NCBI GenBank assembly: GCA_963708135.1
Contig: OY970192.1
Location: forward strand, 4,256,001 to 4,320,000
Source: an uncultured Gemmatimonadales bacterium
GTDB taxonomy: Bacteria; Gemmatimonadota; Gemmatimonadetes; Longimicrobiales; RSA9
Direction: 5' to 3'
DNA length: 64,000 bases
This document shows, piece after piece, positions 1 through 11,750 of the stretch. The translations under genes were made by a program, and so were the position numbers. The notes beneath the pieces were generated by a model, which worked only from the letters and a program-made list of their open reading frames with translations, made no database searches and had not been told where the DNA came from. Position 1 is the stretch's first letter; each line of letters starts with the position of its first letter.

Positions 1-1509
<1,509 letters not shown>

Positions 1510-1672
1510 GGCGAGAGCTCCGGAGAATGGGCGGAGGCAGGGATGGGGGGAAAGCGCCTCACGCACAGCGTACCCCCACGTGCGCGCGGCCGCAAGAAGC
1601 GACGGGCACGGCGCCCGGCCGTGCCCGTCCGTTCCTCCTGGCGAAGGGCTCCGCGAGCCCCGCCCGCCCGCC

Positions 1673-2536
1673 TCAGTGCGAGGGGCCGCCGCCCATCATC
1701 TTCGACATCGGGACCTGCGTGAAATCGGCGGGAATCTCGAACAGCGAGGCATCCAGCGGCTTCCGGTCCACGGATTGGACCATGGTGTGGACGAAGACGT
1801 AGCCGCCGCCCGCGCCCGGCACTCCGGCCGGCGCCTTCATGACGACCTTCGACTCCATCGGGTAGCCCTTGTCCTGGATGGCGGCCTGCGGGTTCGTGCC
1901 CATCCGGTTCATCGCCCGCATGTCGTTCTGCATGGTCTCGAACTGCCCCATGGACTCGCGCAGCTCGGGCGAGACCCACGCGATGGCGGCGAAGGTCTTC
2001 CCATCCACCTCGTACCCGGTGGTCTTCACCCCGGCCACCGTCTTCTGGCCGAGCGGCTTGACCGGCGCGTCCTGCGCGTCCTCCGGCGCCTCCACGCCCA
2101 TCTGCTGGCGCATCTGCTCCATGCGCTCGCCCAGCTGCTTCATCTCGTCCTTCGACATCGTCATCACGCGCTTGTTGTCCGGCATGACGATGTAGACCAT
2201 CTCCTTTTCGGCATCGATGATCGTGTAGCTCTTGCCCATCATCGGGCTCGCCATCGCCCCGTCCACCCGCATCTTCTTGCCCTTGATGTAGAGCGTGGCG
2301 TCCTGCGCCGTCAACTCGCCCGGATCGCTGGCCTCGACCTTGTCCAGCGGCAGCTTGACCACCGCCGCCGGGTCCACCGCCTTGCCGCCCGCGAGCTTCG
2401 ATACCGCCGCCGGCAATGCCATGAGCATGTGCTGCTTGATCACCCCTTCGAAGGGGCCCTGCGCCCGCGCGCCCACCGGCAGCGCGAGGACCAGCGGCAG
2501 GGCGAGCCCCGCGAGCTTGAGTGGTGCGGATCTCAT
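1673..2536 (-). CDS. Secreted DUF4412-like protein
   Basis: Signal peptide MRSAPLKLAG..AQ; FEGVI at N-terminus; LYIKGKKMRVD; C-terminal LDASLFEIPADF. Confidence 0.7.
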   Translation of the reverse strand: MRSAPLKLAGLALPLVLALPVGARAQGPFEGVIKQHMLMALPAAVSKLAGGKAVDPAAVVKLPLDKVEASDPGELTAQDATLYIKGKKMRVDGAMASPMMGKSYTIIDAEKEMVYIVMPDNKRVMTMSKDEMKQLGERMEQMRQQMGVEAPEDAQDAPVKPLGQKTVAGVKTTGYEVDGKTFAAIAWVSPELRESMGQFETMQNDMRAMNRMGTNPQAAIQDKGYPMESKVVMKAPAGVPGAGGGYVFVHTMVQSVDRKPLDASLFEIPADFTQVPMSKMMGGGPSH

Positions 2537-2683
2537 GAATGACCTCCGGTCATGGTTCGTGTCGCGCCCGTGAAAGATAGCCGCTCGGGTGGTGCGGCGG
2601 TATCGGGGGCGCCATCCCACGCCACCGTGGACGCGCGGGGCGCGCCGCGTTACCATGGGGCTGCCACCATCCCGGAGGCCTTC

Positions 2684-3565
2684 ATGAAGCGGACCATCCA
2701 TCCCGCGCTTCGGCGCGCGCTCGCGCCGTTGGCGCTGGGCGCGCTCGTGGCGGGCGGCTGTGCGCGGCCCGCGGCCGGCGGCGCCGCGCAGGCTTCGCCG
2801 CCGGCGGGCGACGTCGCCATCCACCCGACGGCGCCCGACTCGCTGCCCGCGGCGGTCCTGGGCAAGGCGCCGCCGCCGCAGGGGCACGACCTGGCCTACT
2901 TCCCGGGGCACCCGCAGACGCGCGGCTACCTGGCCGTGCCGAAGGGGAGCGGTCCGTTCCCGGCGCTCATCCTGATCCACGAGTGGAACGGGCTGAACGA
3001 CCGGGTGCGGCAGGTGGCGGACGCGATGGCGGCGGAAGGCTACGTCGCGCTGGCGGCGGACCTGTACTCGGGCCGCACGGGCAGCACGCCGCAGGAGAAC
3101 ACTGCGCTCGTGCGGGAGACGCTGGCGGACAGCGCCACGTTGATCGCCAACCTGGACGCGGCGGCGGCGTACCTGCGCGCGCGGCCGGACGTGAGCGGGA
3201 AGGTGGCGGCGATCGGCTGGTGCTTCGGCGGCGGCGTCGCCCTCAGCTACGGCGTGGGGGGCGCCCACCACGAGGGCACGGCCATGTTCTACGGCCGCCT
3301 GCTGCAGGACCCGGCAGTGCTCGCGCGCATGCGACACCCGCTCTACGGCACATTCGCCGGGCTGGACCGCGGTATCCGGCCGGACCAGGTGGCGAAGTTC
3401 GTCACCGCGCTGCGGGCGGCCAGGATCCCGAACGACGTGCACGTCTACGACGACGTGAACCACGGCTTCTGGCTCTGGGTGGACCGCGATCCGGAGCACA
3501 ACACCGGGCCGGCACTGGACGCGTGGCGCCGTCTCAAGACGTACCTCCGGCGCACGCTGGGCTGA
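2684..3565 (+). CDS. Dienelactone hydrolase family lipoprotein
   Basis: IHEWNGLN, GWCFGG nucleophile elbow, HGF; lipobox LVAGGC. Confidence 0.9.
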   Translation: MKRTIHPALRRALAPLALGALVAGGCARPAAGGAAQASPPAGDVAIHPTAPDSLPAAVLGKAPPPQGHDLAYFPGHPQTRGYLAVPKGSGPFPALILIHEWNGLNDRVRQVADAMAAEGYVALAADLYSGRTGSTPQENTALVRETLADSATLIANLDAAAAYLRARPDVSGKVAAIGWCFGGGVALSYGVGGAHHEGTAMFYGRLLQDPAVLARMRHPLYGTFAGLDRGIRPDQVAKFVTALRAARIPNDVHVYDDVNHGFWLWVDRDPEHNTGPALDAWRRLKTYLRRTLG

Positions 3566-3572
3566 GGCGGCC

Positions 3573-4091
3573 GTGGCGGATCCGGACCGGGCGTCGAGCG
3601 CGGCAGGTCTCGTCGTCGCGCTCTCGATCGGGGCGGAGCGGCTGCAGCCGCTCGTGTCGGTGCCGCGTGTCACGGCACGGGCCGGCCGAGGCGTGGAAGG
3701 CGACCGCTACTTCGACCACGCGCGGCGCCTCTCGCGCGACCCGCACCGGGCGTGCGGCATCACGCTGATCGAGATGGAGGCGCTCGAAGCGCTCGAGCGG
3801 GAGCACGGCATCGCCATGACGCCGGCCGAGAGCCGGCGCACCGTGGCGGTCCGCGGCATCGACCTGAACGCGCTCGTCGGCCACGAGTTCCGAGTGGGCT
3901 CGGCGCGGCTGCGCGGGCTCCTCCTGTGCGAGCCGTGCGTCCACCTCGAACGGCTCAGCGGCAAGAAGGTCGTGCGCGGCCTCGTCCACCGCGGCGGGCT
4001 GCGCGCCGCCATCATCGAGGACGGCGAGATCGCCGTCGGCGACACCCTTGCCGTACCGGACCTCGCGGTCCGAACGAAAGGCGGCCGGTGA
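3573..4091 (+). CDS. MOSC domain protein
   Basis: GVEGDRY, CEPC, RGGLRA..DGEIAVGD. Confidence 0.85.
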   Translation: MADPDRASSAAGLVVALSIGAERLQPLVSVPRVTARAGRGVEGDRYFDHARRLSRDPHRACGITLIEMEALEALEREHGIAMTPAESRRTVAVRGIDLNALVGHEFRVGSARLRGLLLCEPCVHLERLSGKKVVRGLVHRGGLRAAIIEDGEIAVGDTLAVPDLAVRTKGGR

Positions 4092-4299
4092 GGCTGGTCG
4101 AGGCTGCACCTTGATCGAACCGGCCTGAGTCGTTATATGATTGTCATCCGGATCGTCCGCGCCGCTCCCCCGGCGCGCAAAGGATCCGGGCTCCCTCATC
4201 CCCGGCAGGGAATCCAGCACAGCGCGTCGCGCGGTTGCGAACTGCGGAGAGGCTCTCTCCGCGCCGTGCGGCCATCCGTGAACCGAACCGCGAAGAGCC

Positions 4300-5091
4300 G
4301 TGAAGGTAACGACCGCCAGTCTCGTCCTGCTCGTCCCCGTGCTTGCCGGCGCTTCCGGTGCCGGTGCGCAGAGCCTGCACGGGTCCTCTCACTCCATGGC
4401 GGTGCAGAACGCCGCCGCCCATCGCAACGACTTCACCTACATCGAGACGGCCGCGCAACTGAGGCGGTTCGTGCGGCTGGGGCTGCTCGTGGAGCTGCCG
4501 GGGAACCGCGACTACGGGCTGGAGGGGGTCTCGTTCCCCTACACTCGCCCGCAGGTCCGGACCTTCGTGGAGCGGCTCGCGCGACAGTACCACGATGCCT
4601 GCGGCGAGCCGCTGGTGGTGACGAGCGCGACACGGCCGATCAATGACCAGCCGGCGAACGCCTCCGAGATCTCCGTCCACCCCACCGGGATGGCGCTGGA
4701 CCTGCGCGTGAGCAACCGCTCGGCGTGCCGCTCCTGGCTCGCGCGTGTGCTCCTCTCGCTCGAGAACCAGGGCCTGCTCGAGGCCACGCGCGAGCACTAC
4801 CCGTCCCACTTCCACGTTGCGGTGTTCCCGGCGCGCTACCACCGCTACGTGGCGGCGCTGGAGCGGAAGTCCCACCGCAGCGAGGCGCGCCTGGCGTCGT
4901 CCTCGACGTCGGGCGGCATGCTCCAGAAGGCAGCGCCGTCCGCGCGGGTCTACGAGGTGCAGAGCGGCGACTCGCTCTGGTCGATCGCGCAGGACCACGG
5001 CACCACGGTGCGCGCCATCAAGGAGCTGAACGGCCTGAGCGACTCCCGCATCGACCCCGGCCAGGTGCTCCGCCTGCCGCTCGCGTCCTAG
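4300..5091 (+). CDS. DUF5715-like zinc peptidase domain plus C-terminal LysM
   Basis: Signal peptide; VTSATR, SVHPTGMALDL, HFHVAV; LysM YEVQSGDSLWSIA..IDPGQVLRL. Confidence 0.8.
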   Translation: MKVTTASLVLLVPVLAGASGAGAQSLHGSSHSMAVQNAAAHRNDFTYIETAAQLRRFVRLGLLVELPGNRDYGLEGVSFPYTRPQVRTFVERLARQYHDACGEPLVVTSATRPINDQPANASEISVHPTGMALDLRVSNRSACRSWLARVLLSLENQGLLEATREHYPSHFHVAVFPARYHRYVAALERKSHRSEARLASSSTSGGMLQKAAPSARVYEVQSGDSLWSIAQDHGTTVRAIKELNGLSDSRIDPGQVLRLPLAS

Positions 5092-5157
5092 GCACCGCAT
5101 CCGAAGCGGCGATGTCGGTCGCCGGCGGATCGGTGCTCACCCAGCTCCCGGTCTCCT

Positions 5158-5538
5158 CTAGCCCGGCACCGCGGCGATCGCCTGGATCTCGATCTGGTAG
5201 CCGTGGTGCAGCTCCTTGACCGGCACCACGGCCCGGGCCGGGCGGGCGTCGCCGAGGACGCGGGCGTAGGCCGCGTTGACGGCGTCCCACAGCGACATGT
5301 CGGAGACGTAGATCGTCATCTGGAGCGCGTGCTCGAGGCCGCTGCCCGCCGCGCGCAGGATCGCCTCCACGTTGCGCAGCGCCCGCTCCGTCTGCGCCTC
5401 GATCGCCCCGACGGGCGCGCCGGGCTGCGCGGGATCGATCGGCAGCTGCCCCGCCACGAAGACCAATCCCCCGTGCACCACCGCCTGCGAGTAGTGGCCC
5501 GCCGGCCGCGGCGCGCCCTCCGTATCGACTCTCCTCAC
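5158..5538 (-). CDS. RidA/YjgF family enamine deaminase
   Basis: GHYSQAV, VAGQLPID, PARAVV, IEIQAIA. Confidence 0.9.
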   Translation of the reverse strand: MRRVDTEGAPRPAGHYSQAVVHGGLVFVAGQLPIDPAQPGAPVGAIEAQTERALRNVEAILRAAGSGLEHALQMTIYVSDMSLWDAVNAAYARVLGDARPARAVVPVKELHHGYQIEIQAIAAVPG

Positions 5539-5660
5539 GCGCTCCTCCGATCGCTGTTGTCGTGACCCGGGACGGGTGATCCGGCAAGATAGGGCGGCCG
5601 GCCGGGCTCGGGCAGGGCGCGGCGGGCCGCGCGCACTCGCGGAGGCCCGCCCGGGCTGCT

Positions 5661-5948
5661 ATGGTGTCGTGGAAACGCGGCCACTCGGATGGGGGATCGG
5701 CGCTCGTGGCATCGAGAGGCAGGCTCTGGACGGCGCTGTTCCTGGTCGTCGTCGTCGTGGGGATCCTGTTCGCGCTGTACCGGGAGGCGTTCAACGGCCC
5801 GGTGTTCGATCCCCGCGCGTACCCGACGCTCCAGGCGTGCATGGCGGCGATCCCGGCCGAGTGGCAGCCGGGCAGCCTCGATCGCCAGCAGGCGGAGGCC
5901 GGCTGCCGGGACGCGGCGGAGCGGCGCGCGGGCGGCGGCTCCCGCTGA
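5661..5948 (+). CDS. Small hypothetical membrane protein
   Basis: One TM segment and two Cys; fits the intergenic gap. Confidence 0.45.
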   Translation: MVSWKRGHSDGGSALVASRGRLWTALFLVVVVVGILFALYREAFNGPVFDPRAYPTLQACMAAIPAEWQPGSLDRQQAEAGCRDAAERRAGGGSR

Positions 5949-6043
5949 GGCGCGGCCCCTGTCCGCATCGCGCGGCAGGGGCCACGGGGCGCGACGACAC
6001 ACGGACGAGGGCGGCCAGGCCGCCCGGGGCAAGGGAGGATGGA

Positions 6044-6544
6044 ATGCTGAGCGAGGCGCTGCAGGATGCCGTGAACGAGCAGATCAGGAACGAGCTCTAC
6101 TCCGCGTACCTCTACCTGGCGATGTCGGCGCACTTCGACGAGCAGAGCCTGCTCGGGTTCGCGAAGTGGATGCGGATGCAGGCGCGCGAGGAGGTGACGC
6201 ACGCCATGAAGCTGTTCGACTACATGGGCGACCGCGGCGGGCACATCGCCCTGAAGTCGATCGACGGGCCGCCCGCCACCTTCGACTCGCCGCTCGAGAT
6301 CTTCCGCCAGGCGCTCGCGCACGAGCAGGAGGTCACCCGCATGATCCACGACCTGTACGCGCTCGCCGGGCGGGAGAACGACTATCCCACCCAGGTGGCG
6401 CTACAGTGGTTCGTGAGCGAGCAGGTCGAGGAGGAGAAGACGGCCACCGACATCGTGGACCAGCTCGAGATGGCGGGCGACAACCGCGGCGCGCTGCTCC
6501 TGCTCGACCGCGAGATGGCCGGGCGCGGGGCCGTCGCGGAGTGA
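6044..6544 (+). CDS. Non-heme ferritin
   Basis: NEQIRNELYSAYLYLAM, EEVTHAMK, QWFVSEQVEEE; RBS GGAGG. Confidence 0.92.
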   Translation: MLSEALQDAVNEQIRNELYSAYLYLAMSAHFDEQSLLGFAKWMRMQAREEVTHAMKLFDYMGDRGGHIALKSIDGPPATFDSPLEIFRQALAHEQEVTRMIHDLYALAGRENDYPTQVALQWFVSEQVEEEKTATDIVDQLEMAGDNRGALLLLDREMAGRGAVAE

Positions 6545-6549
6545 GGGCC

Positions 6550-7341
6550 GTGGCGCTGCCGATCGTGCAGGTGGACGCCTTCACGGCGGAGCCGTTCCGC
6601 GGCAACCCCGCGGCCGTGTGCGTGCTGCCGGAGCCGCGCGAGGCGGAGTGGATGCAGCGGGTCGCGCGCGAGATGAACCTCTCCGAGACCGCTTTCCTCC
6701 ACCGCCACGGCGATGCCTTCGACCTGCGCTGGTTCACCCCCGCCGTCGAGGTGGACCTGTGCGGCCACGCCACCCTGGCCAGCGCGCACGTGCTCTGGGA
6801 AGCCGGCCACGCGGCCGAGGGGGAGCCGCTGCTCTTCCACACCCGGAGCGGCGTGCTCACCGCCGAGTGCGCGGGCGAATGGATCGAGCTCGACTTTCCG
6901 GCCAAGGCGGTCGAGCCGGCGGAGCCGCCGGACGGGCTGCTCCAGGCACTCGGCGTCGAGCCGCTGGCGGTCACGAAGAACGTGTGGGACTACCTCGTCG
7001 AGGTCGGCTCCGAGGAGGCCGTGCGCGCGCTTCGCCCCGACATCGGCCGGCTCGGCGCCGTGCACGCCCGCGGCATCATCGTGACCGCGCGGGCGACGAC
7101 GGCACCGTACGACTTCGTCTCCCGCTTCTTCGCGCCGCGCGCTGGCGTGCCGGAGGATCCGGTGACCGGCTCGGCCCACGTGGCGCTCGGGCCGTACTGG
7201 CGCGACAGGCTCGGCAGGGACGAGTTGCTGGCCTACCAGGCCTCGGCGCGCGGCGGGGTGGTGCGCGTCACGGTGCGCGGTGAGCGCGTGCTGCTGGGCG
7301 GGCAGGCGGTCACGGTGCTGCGCGGCGAGCTCGTCGCGTAG
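6550..7341 (+). CDS. PhzF family isomerase
   Basis: QVDAF..GNPAAV, NLSETAF, EVDLCGHATLA, EDPVTGSAH. Confidence 0.92.
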   Translation: MALPIVQVDAFTAEPFRGNPAAVCVLPEPREAEWMQRVAREMNLSETAFLHRHGDAFDLRWFTPAVEVDLCGHATLASAHVLWEAGHAAEGEPLLFHTRSGVLTAECAGEWIELDFPAKAVEPAEPPDGLLQALGVEPLAVTKNVWDYLVEVGSEEAVRALRPDIGRLGAVHARGIIVTARATTAPYDFVSRFFAPRAGVPEDPVTGSAHVALGPYWRDRLGRDELLAYQASARGGVVRVTVRGERVLLGGQAVTVLRGELVA

Positions 7342-7408
7342 CGCCCCGCCGAAACCCGGCGGGCTCCGAGCCGTAGGGGCCGAGCCCCTCTCACCGGGAT
7401 CCGCGAAG

Positions 7409-8335
7409 ATGCCCTACGCCATCCGCACGCACGAGCTCACCCGCCGGTTCGGTCCCGTCGTCGCCGTGGACCGACTCTGCCTGGCCGTGCCGCGCGGCGG
7501 CGTATACGCCTTCCTCGGCCCGAACGGGGCCGGCAAGACCACCACGATCCGCATGCTGCTCGGGCTCATCCGCCCCGATGCCGGCGCCATCTACCTGATG
7601 GGCGAATCCCACGCCGGCACGCGGCGGCGGCTGCTCGCGCGTGTGGGTGCGCTCGTGGAGTCGCCCTCGCTCTATCCGCACCTGACCGGCCGGGAGAACC
7701 TCGAGGCGACGCGCCTGCTGCTGGGCGCGCCGCGGGACCGCATCGACCGCGTGCTCGACCTCGTCCGGCTGCGCTCCGACGCCGCTCGGCTGGTGCGCGG
7801 CTATTCGCTCGGCATGCGGCAGCGGCTGGGCCTCGCCCTCGCGCTCCTCGGCGAGCCGGAGCTGCTGATCCTGGATGAGCCGACCAACGGGCTGGATCCC
7901 GCGGGCATCCAGGAGATGCGCGCGCTCGTCCGCTCGCTCCCCGAGCGGGTCGGCGCCACGGTCTTCCTGTCGAGCCACCTGCTGGGCGAGATCGAGCAGA
8001 TGGCGACCCACCTCGGCATTGTGCGCGCGGGGCGGCTCCTCTTCGAGGGGACGCTCGACGCGCTCGCCGCCCGCGAGCACGACGTGGTGCGGGTCGAGGC
8101 GGACCCGCCGGGCGACGCGCTGGCGCTCCTCGAGCGCGAAGGCTGGCCGGCGACGCTGGCGCCCGACGGCGCACTTCTCGTCCCCGCCGGCCGCGCCGAC
8201 GCCGCGCGCGTGAACGCGCTCCTCGTCGCAGGCGGCATCGCCGTCCACCACCTGGCGGCGCAGCGGCCCTCGCTCGAGCGCGCATTCCTGCGCCTGACCG
8301 GCGAGCCGGCCGGCGTCGAGAAGGCGGCGCAATGA
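7409..8335 (+). CDS. ABC transporter ATP-binding subunit (BcrA/LanF-like)
   Basis: GPNGAGKTT, YSLGMRQRLG, LILDEPTNGLD, SSH. Confidence 0.9.
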   Translation: MPYAIRTHELTRRFGPVVAVDRLCLAVPRGGVYAFLGPNGAGKTTTIRMLLGLIRPDAGAIYLMGESHAGTRRRLLARVGALVESPSLYPHLTGRENLEATRLLLGAPRDRIDRVLDLVRLRSDAARLVRGYSLGMRQRLGLALALLGEPELLILDEPTNGLDPAGIQEMRALVRSLPERVGATVFLSSHLLGEIEQMATHLGIVRAGRLLFEGTLDALAAREHDVVRVEADPPGDALALLEREGWPATLAPDGALLVPAGRADAARVNALLVAGGIAVHHLAAQRPSLERAFLRLTGEPAGVEKAAQ

Positions 8336-9174
8336 GCGCGCCGGATGGCACGAGCGAGGTCGGTGCCCGGGGCGCCCCCCGTCGCCCCGGCGCGCCCGAT
8401 GCCAGGCCGGCGCGCGCGGGCGTGAGCGCGATCGCGGCGGCGATCGCGGCCGAGGCGCTCAAGCTGCGCCGCACCCTCGCCCTGTGGATGGTGCTGCTCG
8501 CGCCGCTCATCGTGGTGCTCTTCCAGTTCTTCAACTTCCACCAGCGCGGCACGCTCATGGTGCGCGCGCGAGCGGACGCGTGGGCGCTCTACTCCCGGAG
8601 CGCCTTCGCCGTCTGGGCGGTGTTCATGCTGCCGCTCTTCCTCACCCTCGAGACGGCCCTGCTGAACGGCATCGAGCACGGCGTGCGCGGCTGGACGCAC
8701 CTCTTCGCGCTCCCCGTTCCGCGCTGGACGATCTACGCCGCCAAGCTGCTGGTGGCGCTCGCGCTGATGCTGGGCGCGGCCTTCACGCTCGTGCTCGGTC
8801 TCGCGGCCAGCGGCGAGGCGCTCCACCTGCTGCGGCCGGAGCTCGGCTTCGGGGCCTCCGTGCCGTGGACGCCGCTGCTCCGCCTGGCCGCGCTCTCGAG
8901 CGCCGCGGCGCTCCTCATCCTGTCCATCCACATGTGGATCTCGAGCCGGTGGGCCAGCATGACCGTCGCCCTCGGGGCCGGCGTGGCAGGGACCTTCTTC
9001 GCGCTCTTCGCCGCCGGCCAGCGGCTCGCCTCCTTCTACCCCTGGCTCCAGCCGCTCCGCGCCGTGGCCCGGCCGCCCGAGGAGGCCCGCGCCGCCGTCC
9101 TGATCGGCGTCGTCGGTGGGGCCGTGGTGGCGCTGGCGGGCGCCTGGGACGTGCTGCGCCGGGACACGGCCTAA
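8332..9174 (+). CDS. ABC-2 permease (LanE/LanG-like)
   Basis: EALKLRRT, EHG..W..LFALP..IYAAKL; about 6 TM segments; ATGA overlap with the ATPase. Confidence 0.8.
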   Translation: MSAPDGTSEVGARGAPRRPGAPDARPARAGVSAIAAAIAAEALKLRRTLALWMVLLAPLIVVLFQFFNFHQRGTLMVRARADAWALYSRSAFAVWAVFMLPLFLTLETALLNGIEHGVRGWTHLFALPVPRWTIYAAKLLVALALMLGAAFTLVLGLAASGEALHLLRPELGFGASVPWTPLLRLAALSSAAALLILSIHMWISSRWASMTVALGAGVAGTFFALFAAGQRLASFYPWLQPLRAVARPPEEARAAVLIGVVGGAVVALAGAWDVLRRDTA

Positions 9175-9251
9175 CGGACCGTATCCGAAGTAATCCGAAG
9201 TAGCGATGGGATTCGGTGCTCACGGAACTTCAGATACGGCTCACTGGACTA

Positions 9252-10458
9252 GTACTCAGCCATCATGATTGTGAGGACTAAAGTTCCGTGCTATATTGTT
9301 GGCCCATTCTGTCGGACCCCCAGCGAGGAGGGCAGATGGCCAAGAAGTATATCGTGGACCTCACGGACGACGAGCGGGCCGAACTCAAGCGCCTGCTCCA
9401 GGGCGGCAAGGCGCGGGTGCGCCGGGTGAACCGCGCGCGCATCCTGTTGCTGGCCGACGAGGGCGTGACCGACAAGGCGATTGCGGCCGCGCTGCACCTG
9501 GGGAAGTGCACGGTGGAGCGCACGCGGCTGCGCTTCGTCGAGGGCGGTTTGGAGCGGGCGCTCAACGATCGGCCTCGGCCGGGCAAAGCCCGGCTGCTGG
9601 ACGGCAAGCAGGAAGCCTTCCTGGTCGCGCTGGCGTGCAGCGCGCCTCCGGAGGGGCGCGTGCGCTGGACCATGCAGCTCCTGGCCGACAAGCTGATCGA
9701 GTTGCGTGTGGTGGACGCGATCACGGACGAGACGGTCCGACGGCTTCTAAAAAAAACGACCTGAAGCCCTGGCAGAAGGAAGCGTGGTGCATCCCGACGG
9801 TGAGTTGGGACTTCGTCTGCCGCATGGAGGACGTGCTCGACCTCTACCAGGAGCCCTACGACCCCCGGCGCCCGGTGGTGTGCTTCGATGAAGTGCCCTA
9901 CCAGCTCATCGGGGAAACCCGCCTGCCGGTGCCGGCCGCTCCGGGTCGGCGCCAACGCGTCGACTACGAGTACGTGCGCCGCGGGACCGCCAACCTCTTC
10001 CTGCTCGTGGAGCCGCTGCGAGGCTGGCGGCATGTGGACGTCACCGCCCGTCGCACGAATGCGGACTTCGCCCAGCAGATGCGCGCACTGGTCGACGTGC
10101 ATTGCGCGGACGCCGACAAGATCCGCGTCGTGCTCGACAACCTGAGCAGCCACACGGGCGCAGCCCTGTACGAGACCTTCGAGGCCGCCGAAGCGCGCCG
10201 TATCCTGCGCAAGCTCGAGTTCCATTACACGCCCAAGCACGGGAGCTGGCTCAACATGGCCGAAATCGAGATCTCGATCCTCGGTCGCCAGTGCCTGCAC
10301 CGCCGCCTTGACAACGTCAACCGGCTGCGGGCCGAGACCCTCGCCTGGGAGACCCCCCGCAACGCCGTCCGAGCTCCCACCACCTGGCGTTTCACTGTCT
10401 CCGATGCGCGATCCAAGCTCCACCGCCTTTACGCATCATGACCACTGTGGCGCGGTAC
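9252..10458 (+). mobile_element. IS630-family insertion sequence, copy 1 (1207 bp)
   Basis: TA duplication at 9250-51 and 10459-60 (CTAG target); imperfect terminal IRs GTACTCAGCCA.. / ..TGGCGCGGTAC. Confidence 0.92.
9336..10441 (+). CDS. IS630 transposase; OrfA 9336-9764 and OrfB joined by a probable -1 frameshift
   Basis: HTH OrfA MAKKYIVDL..; A8C run at ~9749-9757; OrfB CFDE, VLDNL, YTPKHGSWLNMAE. Confidence 0.9.
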
Positions 10459-10782
10459 TAGCGCACCGCGCCGCCCGCTCCGCCGGCTCGCTGCTCACCA
10501 TGCCCGGATACGGTACACTGGCGGACCCTATGTGCAGTCGCAATGGCTCGGCCCTCGCCGAGCTCCGGATGCGGTCCACCGGCGGGGTTCACAACCCGCC
10601 GCTCGCCGGCTCGCCCGCTTCGAGCAGCGGGTTGTGCACGTCACGCCTGCACAATCCACCACTGCCTCTCGCGACGCCCAACGAGCGGCGACTTCGGCCG
10701 CGCGGACAGGTAAGAGTCGCCTGTGGAGCTGTGAAGCGCGGCGTCCGGCGAGTTGTGCATCCTCCAGCGAGGGCCGTGCGCC

Positions 10783-10905
10783 CCGTCAGCACGCCGCCGC
10801 CTCCGGGCCGGGCGCCCCGTCAGCACGCCGCCGCCTCCGGGCGAGCGCGTTCCGTCAGCGCGCCGCCGCCTCCGGGCCGCGCGCCCCGTCAGCGCGCCGC
10901 CGCCT
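10783..10905. repeat. Tandem repeat, 4 x 34-35 bp (CCGTCAGC(A/G)CGCCGCCGCCTCCGGG..)
   Basis: Units start at ~10783, 10817, 10852, 10886. Confidence 0.85.
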
Positions 10906-11658
10906 CTCGCCGCCGAGCGAGTCGAGCCGTTCCACGCGGATGTCCAGCAGCACGTCGCCGCCGGCCACGATCTGCCCTGCGCCATCCAGCGAGAGGGGGA
11001 GCCGGTTGCCGGAGACCTCGAAGCGCGCCGAGTCGCGCCCCAGCCGGCGGATGACGGGGAAGAGCCGGTAGCCGAGGCCGATCACGTAGAGCGGCGTGCG
11101 CATGGTGTCCGCGCCCGCCGCCCGGGCTCGCCGCAGCAGCTGCTCGGCCATGGCCACCGAGGCGAGGATGTAGGGCTGCGTCCCGGGAGCGACGTGGATC
11201 CGCCTCTCCTCGCCGCCGGCGCGGCGGCCGATCCGCAGCACCAGCGTGTCGCCGTGCACCACGGCCGTCTGTCGCTGGGACGGCCCCGCGGCGTGGCGGC
11301 CCGGGAGGTACCAGGCCACCTCCAGCCGGCCGATCCCGCCGCGCGGGCCGAGGATCGCGGTGTAGGCCAGCCGGCTTCCCGCCGTGTCGCGCACCTCGCC
11401 CTCGATCCGTTCGGCGGTCCGCACGAAGCGCTCGACCGCCAGGGTGTCGCCGCCGCGGAGGACCACGAAGATGCCGGACGAGTCGCGAACGGGGCGGGGG
11501 GGCGGCGCCGGCCGGGCCGCTGCCGCGCCATCCGCCCCGCCACCGCGCGCCCCGGCGCGGTCCCCGCAGCCGGCGGCCGCCAGCGCGAGCGTCGCCGCGG
11601 AGAGGACGAAGCGCGGGAGGCGGGACGCGACCCGCCGCCGGCCGGTGGCGGCTGCCAA
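10855..11658 (-). CDS. Hypothetical lipoprotein (start uncertain)
   Basis: Lipobox LAAAGC, then DTLAVERFVRT; ends inside the tandem repeat. Confidence 0.6.
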   Translation of the reverse strand: MAAATGRRRVASRLPRFVLSAATLALAAAGCGDRAGARGGGADGAAAARPAPPPRPVRDSSGIFVVLRGGDTLAVERFVRTAERIEGEVRDTAGSRLAYTAILGPRGGIGRLEVAWYLPGRHAAGPSQRQTAVVHGDTLVLRIGRRAGGEERRIHVAPGTQPYILASVAMAEQLLRRARAAGADTMRTPLYVIGLGYRLFPVIRRLGRDSARFEVSGNRLPLSLDGAGQIVAGGDVLLDIRVERLDSLGGERRRRADGARGPEAAAR

Positions 11659-11750
11659 CGCGGTGTTCGGCGCGGTGGAAAACGCGGGGCCGGGCGCCGC
11701 GGCTAACCTGGCCTCGGTCGGGGCGGTGAGCGCGGCGTCGGCCACGGCGG

